A program made the position numbers and the translations under genes. Positions 53,424 through 64,000 of a stretch of DNA of 64,000 bases are shown here, in pieces. Where the stretch lies: the NCBI GenBank assembly GCA_020184695.1, contig JAANOX010000153.1:682001-746000 (forward strand), in the 5' to 3' direction. The DNA comes from Histomonas meleagridis 2922-C6/04-290x. Its lineage: Eukaryota > Protista > Parabasalia. Each line of letters opens with the position of its first letter. Position 1 is the first letter of the stretch. The notes beneath the pieces were generated by a model. That model did not search any database and had not been told where the DNA came from. It worked only from the letters and a program-made list of their open reading frames with translations.

Positions 53424-55154
53424 CTAGATGCGTACACGATTATCTTCCATAAAATCATCTGCAAATGGGTCATCTAAAATATGATTCAATTTAGTTGCAG
53501 TGTAATCATTCGTTGTTTCAGTTTCTACTCCATATTCCGCGTCGACACTTTCGGCCATTTCTGTTTGCTGTATTTTGTTTCTTTGGTGACGAATATATAA
53601 AATGACAACTAAACATATGATCAGAACAACTACAACTATACATACGACTACGATTATTATTGTAGCTGTATTATTATTATTTTCGTATGTATTGTTGTCT
53701 ATTGGCATAATCATATAAAATTGTGAATATATTGGATAATACGTTGGATATTTAACAACAATATATTGATAAACTATGAGTAATGTGTTGGTATATGAAT
53801 AAGTTGAGTTATAATTCATTAATGTAAATGTATCAGATAACATCTGTGTCATACTATGAGTCTCTTCAAATACAATAGAATATGTTATAGTTATGGAATA
53901 CGTATATTGTTCATTAAACTTTAATGTTTCTGTAAATGTATTTGACATAGAAAATGTATATGAATTTGAAAATGTATTTGATATTGTAAATGTATTCGAT
54001 TCAGTAAATGTATGCGAAAATGTGTTTGATTCTGTGAATGTATTAGATAATGTAAATGTGTTTGAGTATGTATTTGATTGTGTGAACGTGTTTGATAAGG
54101 TAAATGTGTTAGAAAATGAATTCGATTTAGTGAATGTATTTGACTGAGTAAATGTATTTGACTGTGAAAACGTATTTGTATTTGAAAATGTATTTGATTG
54201 TGTAAAAGTATTCGAAAATGTATTTGATGATGTAAATGTATGAGAAAATGTATTTGACTTCGTAAAAGTTAAAGTTATCAAATCCATAGTAATATCGCAT
54301 TCATATATATAGCCAGAATCCAAAGAAGCAATTTGAATTACTTCATCTACAGAATGTCCATATCGGACAACAGATAACGTTATTCCATTTGCTAATTCTT
54401 GTGGAAATAATGTCATTTTACATTCAATGGTTTGAGATATTGTATTAGCAGTGCAAATATTTGTAATGTTCCAATTATTAATAATAGATGCATCTGAATT
54501 AACAGCCGCTCTTCCATCATTGTAATAATTTCCATCATGCTTTAAACCACTAATATATAAAGTATACTCTGAAAGCGTCTGTGATGTGATTTGTGTTGTG
54601 TCAAATTGAATTGTTAAATACAAACGAGCCATTTTCCGAGAAAGTGATACAGTTACTGTGTTTGTATTGGATTGAATTGTGCTTGATTGACCAAACATGA
54701 AATCTAAAGCTTTCATTGTTGCTTCGCCATTTTGACGTGTGTCAGTTATTAGTGCAGTAGGATAGAAGCAAGTAATAACATAATATGTCCCTCCAGAGAA
54801 AGTCACTCCTCCTGAAAACATACTATTTTTAAACAAACCATTTGAAGAAGAGGTATACCATACATTACCAGTAAAGGCTATACCATCACCTACAACATCT
54901 ACTCGCATTTGATCATTTGCTTCCCATTTACTATCTGTTGCAAGAGGTTTTCTTAAATGATTATTTAAAGGACGATCATTATTTGCCTGAAAAAATGCAT
55001 TAGAGAGTTTAGATGATTTGATGCTATTGCCAGACAATACTGACCAGCTTACATCAAATTGGGCAGATAAGCTTTGCATTTGAGATTTGTGATAAGATGA
55101 TTGAGACAATGCTTGTGCTAAAAACGGGAGAATCATTATTTTGACAAAAGTCAT
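53424..55154 (-). CDS. Type I membrane surface protein: signal peptide, fimbrillin-like domain, Ser/Thr-rich stalk, transmembrane helix, PFADDF tail
   Basis: Intact 576 aa ORF; motif order WEANDQMRV, NVWYT..G.F, CFYP, DFMFG, VSLSRKMARL, ISGL..DG, LFPQ, SGYIY resembles Bacteroidetes Mfa-like fimbrillins. Confidence 0.75.
   Translation of the reverse strand: MTFVKIMILPFLAQALSQSSYHKSQMQSLSAQFDVSWSVLSGNSIKSSKLSNAFFQANNDRPLNNHLRKPLATDSKWEANDQMRVDVVGDGIAFTGNVWYTSSSNGLFKNSMFSGGVTFSGGTYYVITCFYPTALITDTRQNGEATMKALDFMFGQSSTIQSNTNTVTVSLSRKMARLYLTIQFDTTQITSQTLSEYTLYISGLKHDGNYYNDGRAAVNSDASIINNWNITNICTANTISQTIECKMTLFPQELANGITLSVVRYGHSVDEVIQIASLDSGYIYECDITMDLITLTFTKSNTFSHTFTSSNTFSNTFTQSNTFSNTNTFSQSNTFTQSNTFTKSNSFSNTFTLSNTFTQSNTYSNTFTLSNTFTESNTFSHTFTESNTFTISNTFSNSYTFSMSNTFTETLKFNEQYTYSITITYSIVFEETHSMTQMLSDTFTLMNYNSTYSYTNTLLIVYQYIVVKYPTYYPIYSQFYMIMPIDNNTYENNNNTATIIIVVVCIVVVVLIICLVVILYIRHQRNKIQQTEMAESVDAEYGVETETTNDYTATKLNHILDDPFADDFMEDNRVRI
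53930..54270 (-). repeat. Coding tandem repeat of an 18-nt-like unit (SNTFT[Q/E/L/K])
   Basis: About 18 degenerate SNTF/SHTF hexapeptides. Confidence 0.9.
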
Positions 55155-55666
55155 AAAAATAAATCATACAAAAGCGGCTCTAATCGAAAAAAACGGATTG
55201 AATACACATTGTTTTTGTTCAAATGAACTAATTGAACAATTGACAGGTAAATCATTCTGAAAATTCAATGATCGAGGAAGTTAATTTGAACAAACTTGAC
55301 TGGCGGTTATTAATGTCATCTTTCAAAGACCATATGAAGAGTGGAATTATTGTTTCTTGGGAAATATTTACTCAGCCATATCTTATTATATAAATTCTAC
55401 AAATTCAATGGAAGCAAAAACAGTCAAAACTAAATCATCATCAATAAGTTCAAATGAAAATTTATTAGGAGTATTCATGAGAAATTCCTCACACGGCGTG
55501 AGCATCATCGATCAAATTTTATACAAGGAGATGTTGGTTTACATCAAAAAAGACCGAAAATAATAAGCTTTGATTTTCATTTTGACTAAAACCAATTGAA
55601 AAAAATATAATCAAATTTGCCAAAAAAAATTATATTAAATAAAAAATTTAATACACAAACATTGAT

Positions 55667-56962
55667 CTAATTCCGTTTTTTGAAGTTTCTTGTTTTTATG
55701 CTCTGGTGGATGAAAAACAAGATGTATCCAACGAACTCTATGGCACATATTATTTCCAAAATGTAATCTTTCAAGAAATTCGATGAATTGCCAACTGCTT
55801 CATTTTTAACATTCTGTACAGCCTCCAGAACGTTGTCTATGTCAATATTTGGAACAACGGTTTTCTTGGCATAATTGATTGCATCAGATTTAATGTTGTT
55901 CATTTGGATAGCAATGTCATGGGCAATGTCAGTGAGGTTATACGAAGTTCTTTTCAATAGATCATTGACCATTCTTTTCATTTCTGGGAGCTCTTTTGAA
56001 ACAATCTTCGCGAACAATAAAATTGCTTGAAGTTGCATTCGTACCTTCGGTGCAAGTAAGGTGTTGATGGTTTCTGCTGATATTGAAAGCTTTGAACGAT
56101 TAACAGTTTCTCCAATCACAAAGAATGAATTGGAAAAATCTTCAGATGGACGCCGGTCGAATTTGCCATTGGATTTTTTGATCTTGTCGATGTATACCTT
56201 CGAGATTGGCATCAGCGCCAAGCGGCGTTGAGACTTTTTCTCTTTTTGCGTAAAGTATGCGTTTCTGAGATATTTGCGGTTTACGATAGAAGACTCATCG
56301 TTCGGCGGTTGTTGGGGTGGACTCAAAAGATCAACTTTAACATTGAAGAGGCGATTATCAGAACAGGTTTCATTGTTCGAAGCAAATAGCGAAAAGTATC
56401 CTTTTTCAACGAGATTTGAAATTTTGCTTGTTGTGCAAATTTTGTATTCTTTGCTATTTGTTGGTTTCGAATCAACAGTTATTGTGTCGTTAACTTTCTT
56501 AATACGAATTTGAGTTTTGCTGGTTGTGGAAATGTGACAAACTGGAGAAAGTGTAGATATTTTAATTGGATCTCCAGCTCCATTGATTAAATAAACATTG
56601 TTTCCTGGAATTCCTGGATTAATCCAAAGTGCTATACCGTGGAATCCAAGTAATTCTTCTGTGCATAATTCTTGTGTGTAAAAGAAAAGAAATCCATTAC
56701 CACTTTTAGCAGTTGAAATTATTTCAGCTTCAAAAACCCAATTCTTTGCGTAAGTTGGGAGTCTTTGACAAATTCCACCACTTACATAAGGATATTTTAA
56801 TGTCATTTGAAGATAATTTTTAATATTGATACAAGAACCCCTGAGAGACCAATTTCCAATTTCATTATTTCCATTATCAGTAAATATGAATGGTGGAACT
56901 AAGCTATAATTTAATGAAAGAGAATAAGTAATGAAGCAGAATAAAACAAAGTTCATATGCAA
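55667..56962 (-). CDS. L-type lectin cargo receptor (ERGIC-53/VIP36-like)
   Basis: Signal peptide, NWSLRGS, G.GF.FFYT..., F.GIALWI, GYFSLFAS, coiled coil, C-terminal transmembrane helix and KKxx (KKRN) end. Confidence 0.8.
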   Translation of the reverse strand: MHMNFVLFCFITYSLSLNYSLVPPFIFTDNGNNEIGNWSLRGSCINIKNYLQMTLKYPYVSGGICQRLPTYAKNWVFEAEIISTAKSGNGFLFFYTQELCTEELLGFHGIALWINPGIPGNNVYLINGAGDPIKISTLSPVCHISTTSKTQIRIKKVNDTITVDSKPTNSKEYKICTTSKISNLVEKGYFSLFASNNETCSDNRLFNVKVDLLSPPQQPPNDESSIVNRKYLRNAYFTQKEKKSQRRLALMPISKVYIDKIKKSNGKFDRRPSEDFSNSFFVIGETVNRSKLSISAETINTLLAPKVRMQLQAILLFAKIVSKELPEMKRMVNDLLKRTSYNLTDIAHDIAIQMNNIKSDAINYAKKTVVPNIDIDNVLEAVQNVKNEAVGNSSNFLKDYILEIICAIEFVGYILFFIHQSIKTRNFKKRN

Positions 56963-57439
56963 AAAGTGCTACAATTCAGGGTGCCCTTCGGAAATAAAAA
57001 AATGTTTGAGGATGTCAAATTTATTAATATCTGTAATTTTCGTAAATTAAAAAAGAAATAGAAAGTAATAGACGGGCATATAATTATTCGCAAACCCCAT
57101 CATCTGAAACTAGAATATTTTTGGAAGATATATCAGTGAAGATTCAAAATTCTAAACGAAAAATTGAAGATATTTGTCTTCGCCAAAGTGTGTGAAATTC
57201 TATACCTCATTGTTTTTACACATTAAAAGAGGATTATAAAAGGTAATTCATGAAATAATATTTTGACTGAAAACGTGTCTTACCTGGGAAATTTGAATAC
57301 AATATGATCGTTTACCCATTTTCCGTGCAATTTAAAAGTTGAAAATTCAATGAACATTTTTATTTGATATTTTCAAAGGAAAATACGTTCCAATATTCAA
57401 AAAGTTGTAATATTTCAAATAAACCTCTTTTTAGCCCAA

Positions 57440-58540
57440 ATGGCGTACAGAACCAACGATATAGAGCGAATCGATAAACATGTACTACAAAGATACGAAG
57501 TGCTCCACAAAATTGGCAAGGGAGCATATGGCGTTGTATGGAAAGTTATGGACAAAGTTACCCACAACATTGTTGCTTTGAAAAAAATTTTTGGCGCATT
57601 TCGTAATGCAACAGATGCGCAAAGAACATACCGCGAAATAACCTTTTTAAGGCAAGTTACACCACACCCTAATATTGTCAATATTCTTAATGTATACAAA
57701 GCTGTTAATAATCTTGACTTATATGTCATTTTTGAACTTTTAGAAAGTGACGTTCATAGTGTTATTCGAGCCAACATCTTACAAGATGTTCATAAGCGTT
57801 ACATTACATATCAACTTCTTGTTGCCATTAAATACCTTCATTCTCGACATCTTATCCATCGAGACCTCAAGCCATCCAATCTCTTAATCAACTCAGACTC
57901 ATCAGTTAAGCTTTGTGATTTTGGATTAGCCCGAACATTATCAGAAGGGAATATTGGACAAGCAGTTCTCACTGAGTATGTTTCCACCCGTTGGTACAGA
58001 GCCCCTGAGCTTATTATAGGTTCTAATAACTACAACGAGGGCGTTGACATGTGGGCAATAGGTTGCATTGTTGCCGAGCTCTATAGCGGGCGACCGTTAT
58101 TTCCGGGCACATCCACACTTGATCAAATGGAGAAAGTTGTAGCACTTACAGGGCCTCCTAGTCAATCAGACATCAAATCCATGCGATCTGACTTTGCCGA
58201 AACAATGATATCAAATCTCACATATACACAACCTCATATAACACTCCATCAGAAGCTTCCATTAGCCGACGCAGACACAATAGACTTCATTCAGAAGCTT
58301 CTTGTGTTTAACCCAGACTTAAGAATGAATGTTGAACAAGCAATTAATCACCCATTTGTGGCACAGTTTAGAAACCCAGAGCTGGAAGCGCTCACTGGCG
58401 AACCAATAAAGCTCAGCTTATCAGACAATAAGAGATACATGGTGAAAGACTACAGAAACAGACTTTACCACGAAGTGTTGACCAAACTAACTGGAGAACC
58501 AGCACACTTACCAGAAAAAGTGCCATCAACATACCATTAG
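57440..58540 (+). CDS. MAP kinase, ERK7/MAPK15-like
   Basis: GKGAYGVVWK, FRNATDAQRTYREI, HRDLKPSN and TEY activation loop. Confidence 0.9.
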   Translation: MAYRTNDIERIDKHVLQRYEVLHKIGKGAYGVVWKVMDKVTHNIVALKKIFGAFRNATDAQRTYREITFLRQVTPHPNIVNILNVYKAVNNLDLYVIFELLESDVHSVIRANILQDVHKRYITYQLLVAIKYLHSRHLIHRDLKPSNLLINSDSSVKLCDFGLARTLSEGNIGQAVLTEYVSTRWYRAPELIIGSNNYNEGVDMWAIGCIVAELYSGRPLFPGTSTLDQMEKVVALTGPPSQSDIKSMRSDFAETMISNLTYTQPHITLHQKLPLADADTIDFIQKLLVFNPDLRMNVEQAINHPFVAQFRNPELEALTGEPIKLSLSDNKRYMVKDYRNRLYHEVLTKLTGEPAHLPEKVPSTYH

Positions 58541-59254
58541 ATATAAATATTTCGTAATGTGGCGATTTGAAATATTAAAATTTGATTTGATTATTAAAGA
58601 AATTGTATTAACATTTTTGATGTTGCCAAATTTGACCTCTCCATGTTTGTATCATTCAATCCAAAGCAAAATTCTTTTTGATGAAACTGTTTAATCATTG
58701 AAGCTAGTGCATTTACAACACATCGTATTGCAAAACATTTATAAATGTTTGATTTTTTAAACCATTCCATTCCTGTACTGATTGTTTTCCAGTATTATTT
58801 CCTCTATTCGTAATTAAATATGCAAACTTTCAATGAATACCAAAAAATACCTCATATTCAGTATAAGATTTCAATTTAACAAATAAATGTCATTCATAAA
58901 TTGATTACCCTTATCAAGGGTAAACTAATATTTGATTTAATCTATAAAAAAAGGAAAAAAATGGAAATCAGAAGAATGACATAAATGTTTTCCAACAGTT
59001 CTAAGGCGCATATTCTAAAAAAATATTTGGAATAATGCGGAATTTTTATGTATTCTTGAATGGAAAAGTTATAACTTAACACAAACGATAAAAACACATT
59101 TTTCATATGTGTCACTTTTTACATTTGGAAGATACGTTATGACAAATGGCGGCTAAAAATTGCTTTTTCTTACAGGGCGCTCTGTTTTCAGTGAGTTTTA
59201 CGGTTAGTTTTACAAAGATCGTATCGTTGATGAAACTTTTTAATTGATTAAAAA

Positions 59255-62200
59255 ATGGAAGACTATAATGAAGCAAACATTTCAACAATCTTGGATGCTT
59301 GTTTAAACATGAGTACAAATCAATTGCAGCAACAAATAGAAAGCATTTTTACGACAACTTATGGACTAGATTATTTATTTGATGATAAAAAACAAAACCT
59401 TCTTCATATTCTTGCAGCAAACGCAAGTTTTACAAAATGGGATGTTCTATTACAAGGATTCGTATATTTAGATATGACAGATTCACAATTAAGAACACCA
59501 TTATTCATTGCAATTCAAAATAAAAATCAAATAGCAATTTCTGCACTAATAGAAAATATGGCATCGCCGCTTGTTGAAGATGAGAATGGTATAAATTCGA
59601 TTCAATTAGCGTGTCAAACGAATTATGCAGAAGGACTCAAAATATTATTCAATAATTACCCTACCTTGCAATATTCAATAGATAACTGTGTTAAGGTTGC
59701 TAGGCTTTGCATACAAAACAATTCTATAGATGCTTTTAAAATATTTATTGAATATCTTCCCGCTTCATCCACCAACACAATAGACGAAGAAGGTCTTGGC
59801 ATCATTCATCATGTTGTTCTTAGTGACAAATTAGACTTCCTAAAAGCAATTGTTGCTCACAATAAAAAAATGAAAGAAAAAATATTTGATCTTGACCTTA
59901 AAGCAATTGTAAACAAAACAGAGAAGTCACCGATCGAACTTGCGAAGTCGGCACAAGTTGTTGAATTGTTATATGCAAATAATGCATCTGTTAAAAAAGC
60001 ATCTACAACACTCATTAACGATGTTGTTAAGCGCTCTACGCAATGGATGGTTACCGGTAAGTGCTTTTCACCATCAGAATTGCATAAAGCTGCAGCAGAA
60101 AATAATGTCAATTTCATCAAAAATTATACTGGAAAGTTTGCAGATGTTGTTGACTCTTTCCAAATGACTCCTCTCATTTACGCGATAAATGAAAATAGTT
60201 TAGCAGCAATATCAGCATTACTTGACATTGGAGCCAATCCCAATTTTTTCACAGGAACCACAACAGCATTTCACTATTGTGCCTTGCTAGGTAATGCGTC
60301 TGCATTTTCTCTTCTGATAGATCATTCGAGTCCAGATTTATCAAAAAGAGATTCACGTGGTCGAACTGTTCTATTATGTGCTTTGACTAACAAAAATCCT
60401 ATGATCATTCGTTCCATCGTTAAGCCCAAACCCGATATCAGTGAGGATTCCCTTGAGATTTCATCCCTTCTGATTTCGCATGACGATTCAGTTTCTGAGG
60501 CACTTTTTGACTTAGTTTACACCGACGAACCGTTTACAAACGGTCAACTTCAAAATGGGAAGTCGTTACTCTGGAATGCACTCAATACTAATCACTTACA
60601 ACTTACGAAAGCAATGGTGAGGAAGCAAAAAGGCAAAAAGGTCATCGAATATGAACCTGATTATGAAGAATGTTTTCATATCATTATTCAAAAAGGTTAT
60701 GAAGATATATTTAAATCTTTTATCGAACAAGAAATATTAACAGGAATTCAAAACACTAAATATTTGCTATTTGATACATTAACAAATAAAACAAACGCAA
60801 TACGAGTTAAACTTTTGGAATTAATTCCAAATATATCAAATTCAATCGATCAAATGGGAAATAATTTTTTGCATCATTCAGCAATTTATAATCAAACAGA
60901 AAGTATTAAATCGAGTGTAACTGATCTTAAAATTGATGTTAACTCAAAGAATGCACTTGGTGAAACATCATTACATTTGTTAATGCAAAATTCTTCCGAA
61001 AAATTTGAAGAAAACTTTAAATTCCTTATTGAAAATGGCGCTAATATAGAAGCACTTAATTCTAAAAATCAAAATATTTTACATTCATCTGTTGAACACA
61101 ACAATTTGGAGACATTACAAAAGTTAATTCCTTTGTTAGATGACGCGCAATTCAAAAAGTTTCTTTCTCAAAAAGATATCGACGATCAAACTCCACTCGA
61201 ACTTTCATCAAAACATTTTGAATATAACTGTTCACATTTTCTATCAAAATTCCAACAGTTACCAATTTTCACATCACATGTCACTGTTAAAGAAATAGTT
61301 CAACATCATGAAAAAGGTTATTCACCAAATGTTTTTGATATTAATGGAACTCCATTAATTAGCTATGTGATCAAGCAAAAAGATTTAAAGCCTGATGAAA
61401 TTACAGCATGCGTTAAACAGTTAATAAATTATAAAGCTAATCCATCATTAGAAGATTCAAATAATCTTTCACCAATTCATCATGCTATACTTACAGGAAA
61501 CATTGACGTAGTTAAAATATTGGTTGAAAATGGAGCAAATCTTTTAATTGAGCCTATTGTCACAATCTTTTCAAAGGAAAATGAACAAAAAGAAATTGCT
61601 GATTATCTAAAAATACCAGAAAAACGCGCAAGTGCAATATATGAATTACTTTCAATTCAAGATAATGCTGTACCTATTTTAGGATGTATTTCTAAGAATG
61701 AAAAATTGTTTGGTAATGATTTAGAAACACAAAAGTACATGTATGAAGTTAAATACATGCATCGTTTACTTACCTTATTCCGTCAAAGATTCCAAAAAAT
61801 ATTTGCTGGCTTAAAGACTTCCACAACAATTGGTCCATTTCTATTATATTTCGCTGATGCATTTCTACCATTACTTGAAATCGCTTCTTCTTATACAGTT
61901 ACTATATCAAACATTAGAGCTTCCAAAACTTTAGCACCTGTACTTAGTCAACATAGTGGTCATCAAAAGCTCAGCTTTGATGATGCAATGATTGTTCCAA
62001 CACAACAATTTACTTATTATCCTGAATTAATCAAAGCAATTATTAGCGCAACGGATTCGGGGCACCCCGATTTTCCTCTCTTGCAAAAAGCTCATATAAA
62101 GTTCTCAAATATTGGCAGAACGATCACAGAGAAGAAGCTTATCACTGAGTCACAAAAAGAGCTTCGATCGATTCGTTTGAAGACTACCATCAAAGACAAG

Positions 62201-62938
62201 AGCACACCATTTATCTTAAATGATGTTCTTTTATGTCGTGGTCAATTTGAGAAGAAATCTTATAATAAGCCAAAATTTGCCGAAAACGAAGGATCAATCA
62301 TATCTACGTCAGCTAGCTGGGGATTAAAGACCTACCAAATGCAAACAGGATCAATCCATATAACACATTTTAGACCATTTGGAAGTAGTATGGATAGTTT
62401 CTTCAGTAATCCAAAAATCGCAATCATTTTGTTCCAAAAGACAATTCTCTTTGGTATCCAAAAGACCAGTGACAAGTTCAAGCTCAAGTTTTCATGTAGG
62501 ACATCTGAAGTATTATGGGATTTCGCATCTGAATATGGAATGGAATCCGTGATGTTATATGCACCCTTTGGAAGTCTGTTGCTTAAGTTTTCGCCACCAA
62601 AGGGCTCATCGGCAAACTTCGAAAGAAATAGATGGCGATCTGACATTGACAAACTTCAAACCACAAATGAGGCAGACTTAGAGTCCAACGACGGAGTTGA
62701 GTTTTGTTATGTTTCTTGGGTTGGGGAAGAAACGAAATGTGTTCATTCACATACGTTTGTTGTCCATTGTTCGGATAAAAACGAAGCGAAAACGAAAATA
62801 ATCGAAAGCCTGGCGAAAGAAGGAATAAAAATAATGAAAAAATCGGGAAGTGATAATTTGTTAATCAATTTCGACTTCCAAACTGTCAAAGTTAACAAAG
62901 GCCAAAAATTGGAAGTAATCAGTGACTTGTTTGTGTAA
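59255..62938 (+). CDS. Ankyrin-repeat protein with a C-terminal DH (RhoGEF)/PH-like region; ankyrins uninterrupted
   Basis: Multiple ankyrin repeats (DVNSKNALGETSLH, NPSLEDSNNLSPIHHA) then a DH-like segment (RASAIYELL...IVPTQQFTYYPELIKAI...HPD...L). Confidence 0.8.
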   Translation: MEDYNEANISTILDACLNMSTNQLQQQIESIFTTTYGLDYLFDDKKQNLLHILAANASFTKWDVLLQGFVYLDMTDSQLRTPLFIAIQNKNQIAISALIENMASPLVEDENGINSIQLACQTNYAEGLKILFNNYPTLQYSIDNCVKVARLCIQNNSIDAFKIFIEYLPASSTNTIDEEGLGIIHHVVLSDKLDFLKAIVAHNKKMKEKIFDLDLKAIVNKTEKSPIELAKSAQVVELLYANNASVKKASTTLINDVVKRSTQWMVTGKCFSPSELHKAAAENNVNFIKNYTGKFADVVDSFQMTPLIYAINENSLAAISALLDIGANPNFFTGTTTAFHYCALLGNASAFSLLIDHSSPDLSKRDSRGRTVLLCALTNKNPMIIRSIVKPKPDISEDSLEISSLLISHDDSVSEALFDLVYTDEPFTNGQLQNGKSLLWNALNTNHLQLTKAMVRKQKGKKVIEYEPDYEECFHIIIQKGYEDIFKSFIEQEILTGIQNTKYLLFDTLTNKTNAIRVKLLELIPNISNSIDQMGNNFLHHSAIYNQTESIKSSVTDLKIDVNSKNALGETSLHLLMQNSSEKFEENFKFLIENGANIEALNSKNQNILHSSVEHNNLETLQKLIPLLDDAQFKKFLSQKDIDDQTPLELSSKHFEYNCSHFLSKFQQLPIFTSHVTVKEIVQHHEKGYSPNVFDINGTPLISYVIKQKDLKPDEITACVKQLINYKANPSLEDSNNLSPIHHAILTGNIDVVKILVENGANLLIEPIVTIFSKENEQKEIADYLKIPEKRASAIYELLSIQDNAVPILGCISKNEKLFGNDLETQKYMYEVKYMHRLLTLFRQRFQKIFAGLKTSTTIGPFLLYFADAFLPLLEIASSYTVTISNIRASKTLAPVLSQHSGHQKLSFDDAMIVPTQQFTYYPELIKAIISATDSGHPDFPLLQKAHIKFSNIGRTITEKKLITESQKELRSIRLKTTIKDKSTPFILNDVLLCRGQFEKKSYNKPKFAENEGSIISTSASWGLKTYQMQTGSIHITHFRPFGSSMDSFFSNPKIAIILFQKTILFGIQKTSDKFKLKFSCRTSEVLWDFASEYGMESVMLYAPFGSLLLKFSPPKGSSANFERNRWRSDIDKLQTTNEADLESNDGVEFCYVSWVGEETKCVHSHTFVVHCSDKNEAKTKIIESLAKEGIKIMKKSGSDNLLINFDFQTVKVNKGQKLEVISDLFV

Positions 62939-63200
62939 ATGTTGTTTTCTATACGTTGATTTATTAAACATTTTGTTATCGTTAATTTCACAATTTTATT
63001 TCATTTCATATTATTTTTATAAAAAGATAATTATCATTGAGCATATTCAAATTGTTTCTGTTTTTCATATAATGAATTAAATAAAATAATTTCTTAATAT
63101 TTAACGTATTAATTCGATATTTTAAATTTATTTTTAACACAAAAAGAATTTGCATTATCCATTAAAACTTATCAAAACACAAAATGATTTTCATCAAATC

Positions 63201-63998
63201 TTAACAAGAAGCGGCAGTCAAATGCAACGCGCAGAATTTTTTGTTCAGCCAAACCTGCGCAGTTCCTCCGTCGCCCCAATCGAATTTTGCTGCTTCCGAG
63301 TGCTCCATTTCCATCAGCAGCACTTCGTCCTGCGGCTGCATCACATCCTGCACGAATTTCGGGTATCCGCCCAAATAAGTTCCGTTCTCTCTGTCGAGTG
63401 GAACCTGATTTGGGAACACCAGCGCCATCTGCTGCAGCTGTTCCAACGTTGGAAAGCCAGTGAATTGCTGAGGCGCATTATTGCATTCATCGACGAGATA
63501 CAGTTCCCATTCGTTTAATTCGGGATGCAAATCCCGCATATTCTCTGATGATTTTATTGTCATTGTGTCTTTGCGCCAACCAGTGATTGTTCGCGGCTCA
63601 TTAAACACACGCGAAGGATTATCATTTGCGTATTGTAACTCATTTGGTTTCGCAATTATTATTTGATTGTACTCATACCAACATTCGTTGTTGGGACAGC
63701 CATAGCATATGATAACACAATCGTGATCATTAGCTGGGAAATAACTTTTGATTTCATCTGGAAGAGTTCCAATGTACAAAGAAAAGATTAACGCAAATGG
63801 CTGCTCACACCCGCCACATGTCGGGATGAATGGTTTTATATATGGAACACGTCCTCCAAATTTGGTGACACGAGGATCAGTAGAATCGGAATTGGTAACA
63901 ATAGGATAGTAACATGGAACTCGTGTGGACTCAATAAGTGATCGTATTTGATTTAGTTTGGCTTTGTATTGTAAAACAGCAGTGGTATCTTCTTGGAA
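63201..63998 (-). CDS. DUF1963/YwqG-family protein, 5'-partial (frame open to the window edge)
   Basis: TKFGGRVPY..PTCGGC.QP, LGGYPKFVQD and WGDGGTAQVW motifs; no stop between 63998 and 63204. Confidence 0.75.
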   Translation of the reverse strand, partial: FQEDTTAVLQYKAKLNQIRSLIESTRVPCYYPIVTNSDSTDPRVTKFGGRVPYIKPFIPTCGGCEQPFALIFSLYIGTLPDEIKSYFPANDHDCVIICYGCPNNECWYEYNQIIIAKPNELQYANDNPSRVFNEPRTITGWRKDTMTIKSSENMRDLHPELNEWELYLVDECNNAPQQFTGFPTLEQLQQMALVFPNQVPLDRENGTYLGGYPKFVQDVMQPQDEVLLMEMEHSEAAKFDWGDGGTAQVWLNKKFCALHLTAASC

Positions 63999-64000
63999 AA

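Noticed and set aside
53893-54147. Plus-strand ORF with NVF repeats
   Set aside because: Antisense shadow of the SNTFT repeat stalk.
55357-55563. Short ORF resembling an N-myristoylated protein (MGNIYS...)
   Set aside because: Starts at TTG rather than ATG and has no recognisable domain.
1-64000. Alternative genetic code (TAA/TAG as Gln, or TGA as Trp) to explain in-frame stops
   Set aside because: Long conserved genes (SMC3, importin, Tudor-SN, SCC2) have no internal stops, and genes end in TAA, TAG or TGA; recoding would not fix the frame changes caused by 80-nt inserts.
1-64000. tRNA, rRNA or spliceosomal snRNA genes, and canonical trichomonad introns
   Set aside because: No cloverleaf or T-loop motif outside coding DNA, no rRNA-like tract and no ACTAACACACAG-type motif was found by eye; a tRNAscan-SE or Infernal run would be needed to exclude them formally.

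Overview
AT-rich, gene-dense, nearly intron-free eukaryotic DNA in the standard genetic code. It is most likely from a parabasalid (Tritrichomonas/Histomonas-like), inferred from TCAYTT initiator elements just upstream of ATGs, a DUF3447-ankyrin gene family and a trichomonad-type GAPDH fragment. Housekeeping genes include an importin-beta, an eIF3f-like protein, lipin, CK2 alpha, a MAT1-like protein, a PPP phosphatase, SMC3 next to SCC2/NIPBL, a WDR44-like protein, an Sfi1-like protein, V-ATPase D, an ArfGAP, Tudor-SN, an L-type lectin, an ERK7-like MAPK and an ankyrin-RhoGEF. Three genes look bacterial-derived: a fimbrillin-like surface protein, a YgeY-like M20 hydrolase and a DUF1963 protein. 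The main finding is in the DUF3447-ankyrin family. Every ankyrin repeat in it (16 measurable cases at 4 loci) is interrupted at the same point, between the 'DINAKD' and 'TAL' motifs, by a 60-84 nt AT-rich segment that is exactly 80 nt in 8 cases. These segments break the reading frame, mostly lack GT-AG ends and lack the trichomonad branch-point motif, but carry a TGG at a fixed 24 nt from the downstream codon. They behave like an undescribed class of non-canonical intron, but this is inference and needs RNA evidence. The 9.3-20 kb region holds a 3.2 kb inverted duplication and a copied SMC3 fragment, both with homopolymer indels, which may be assembly or amplification artefacts. All alignments and counts were done by eye; no database searches were run.
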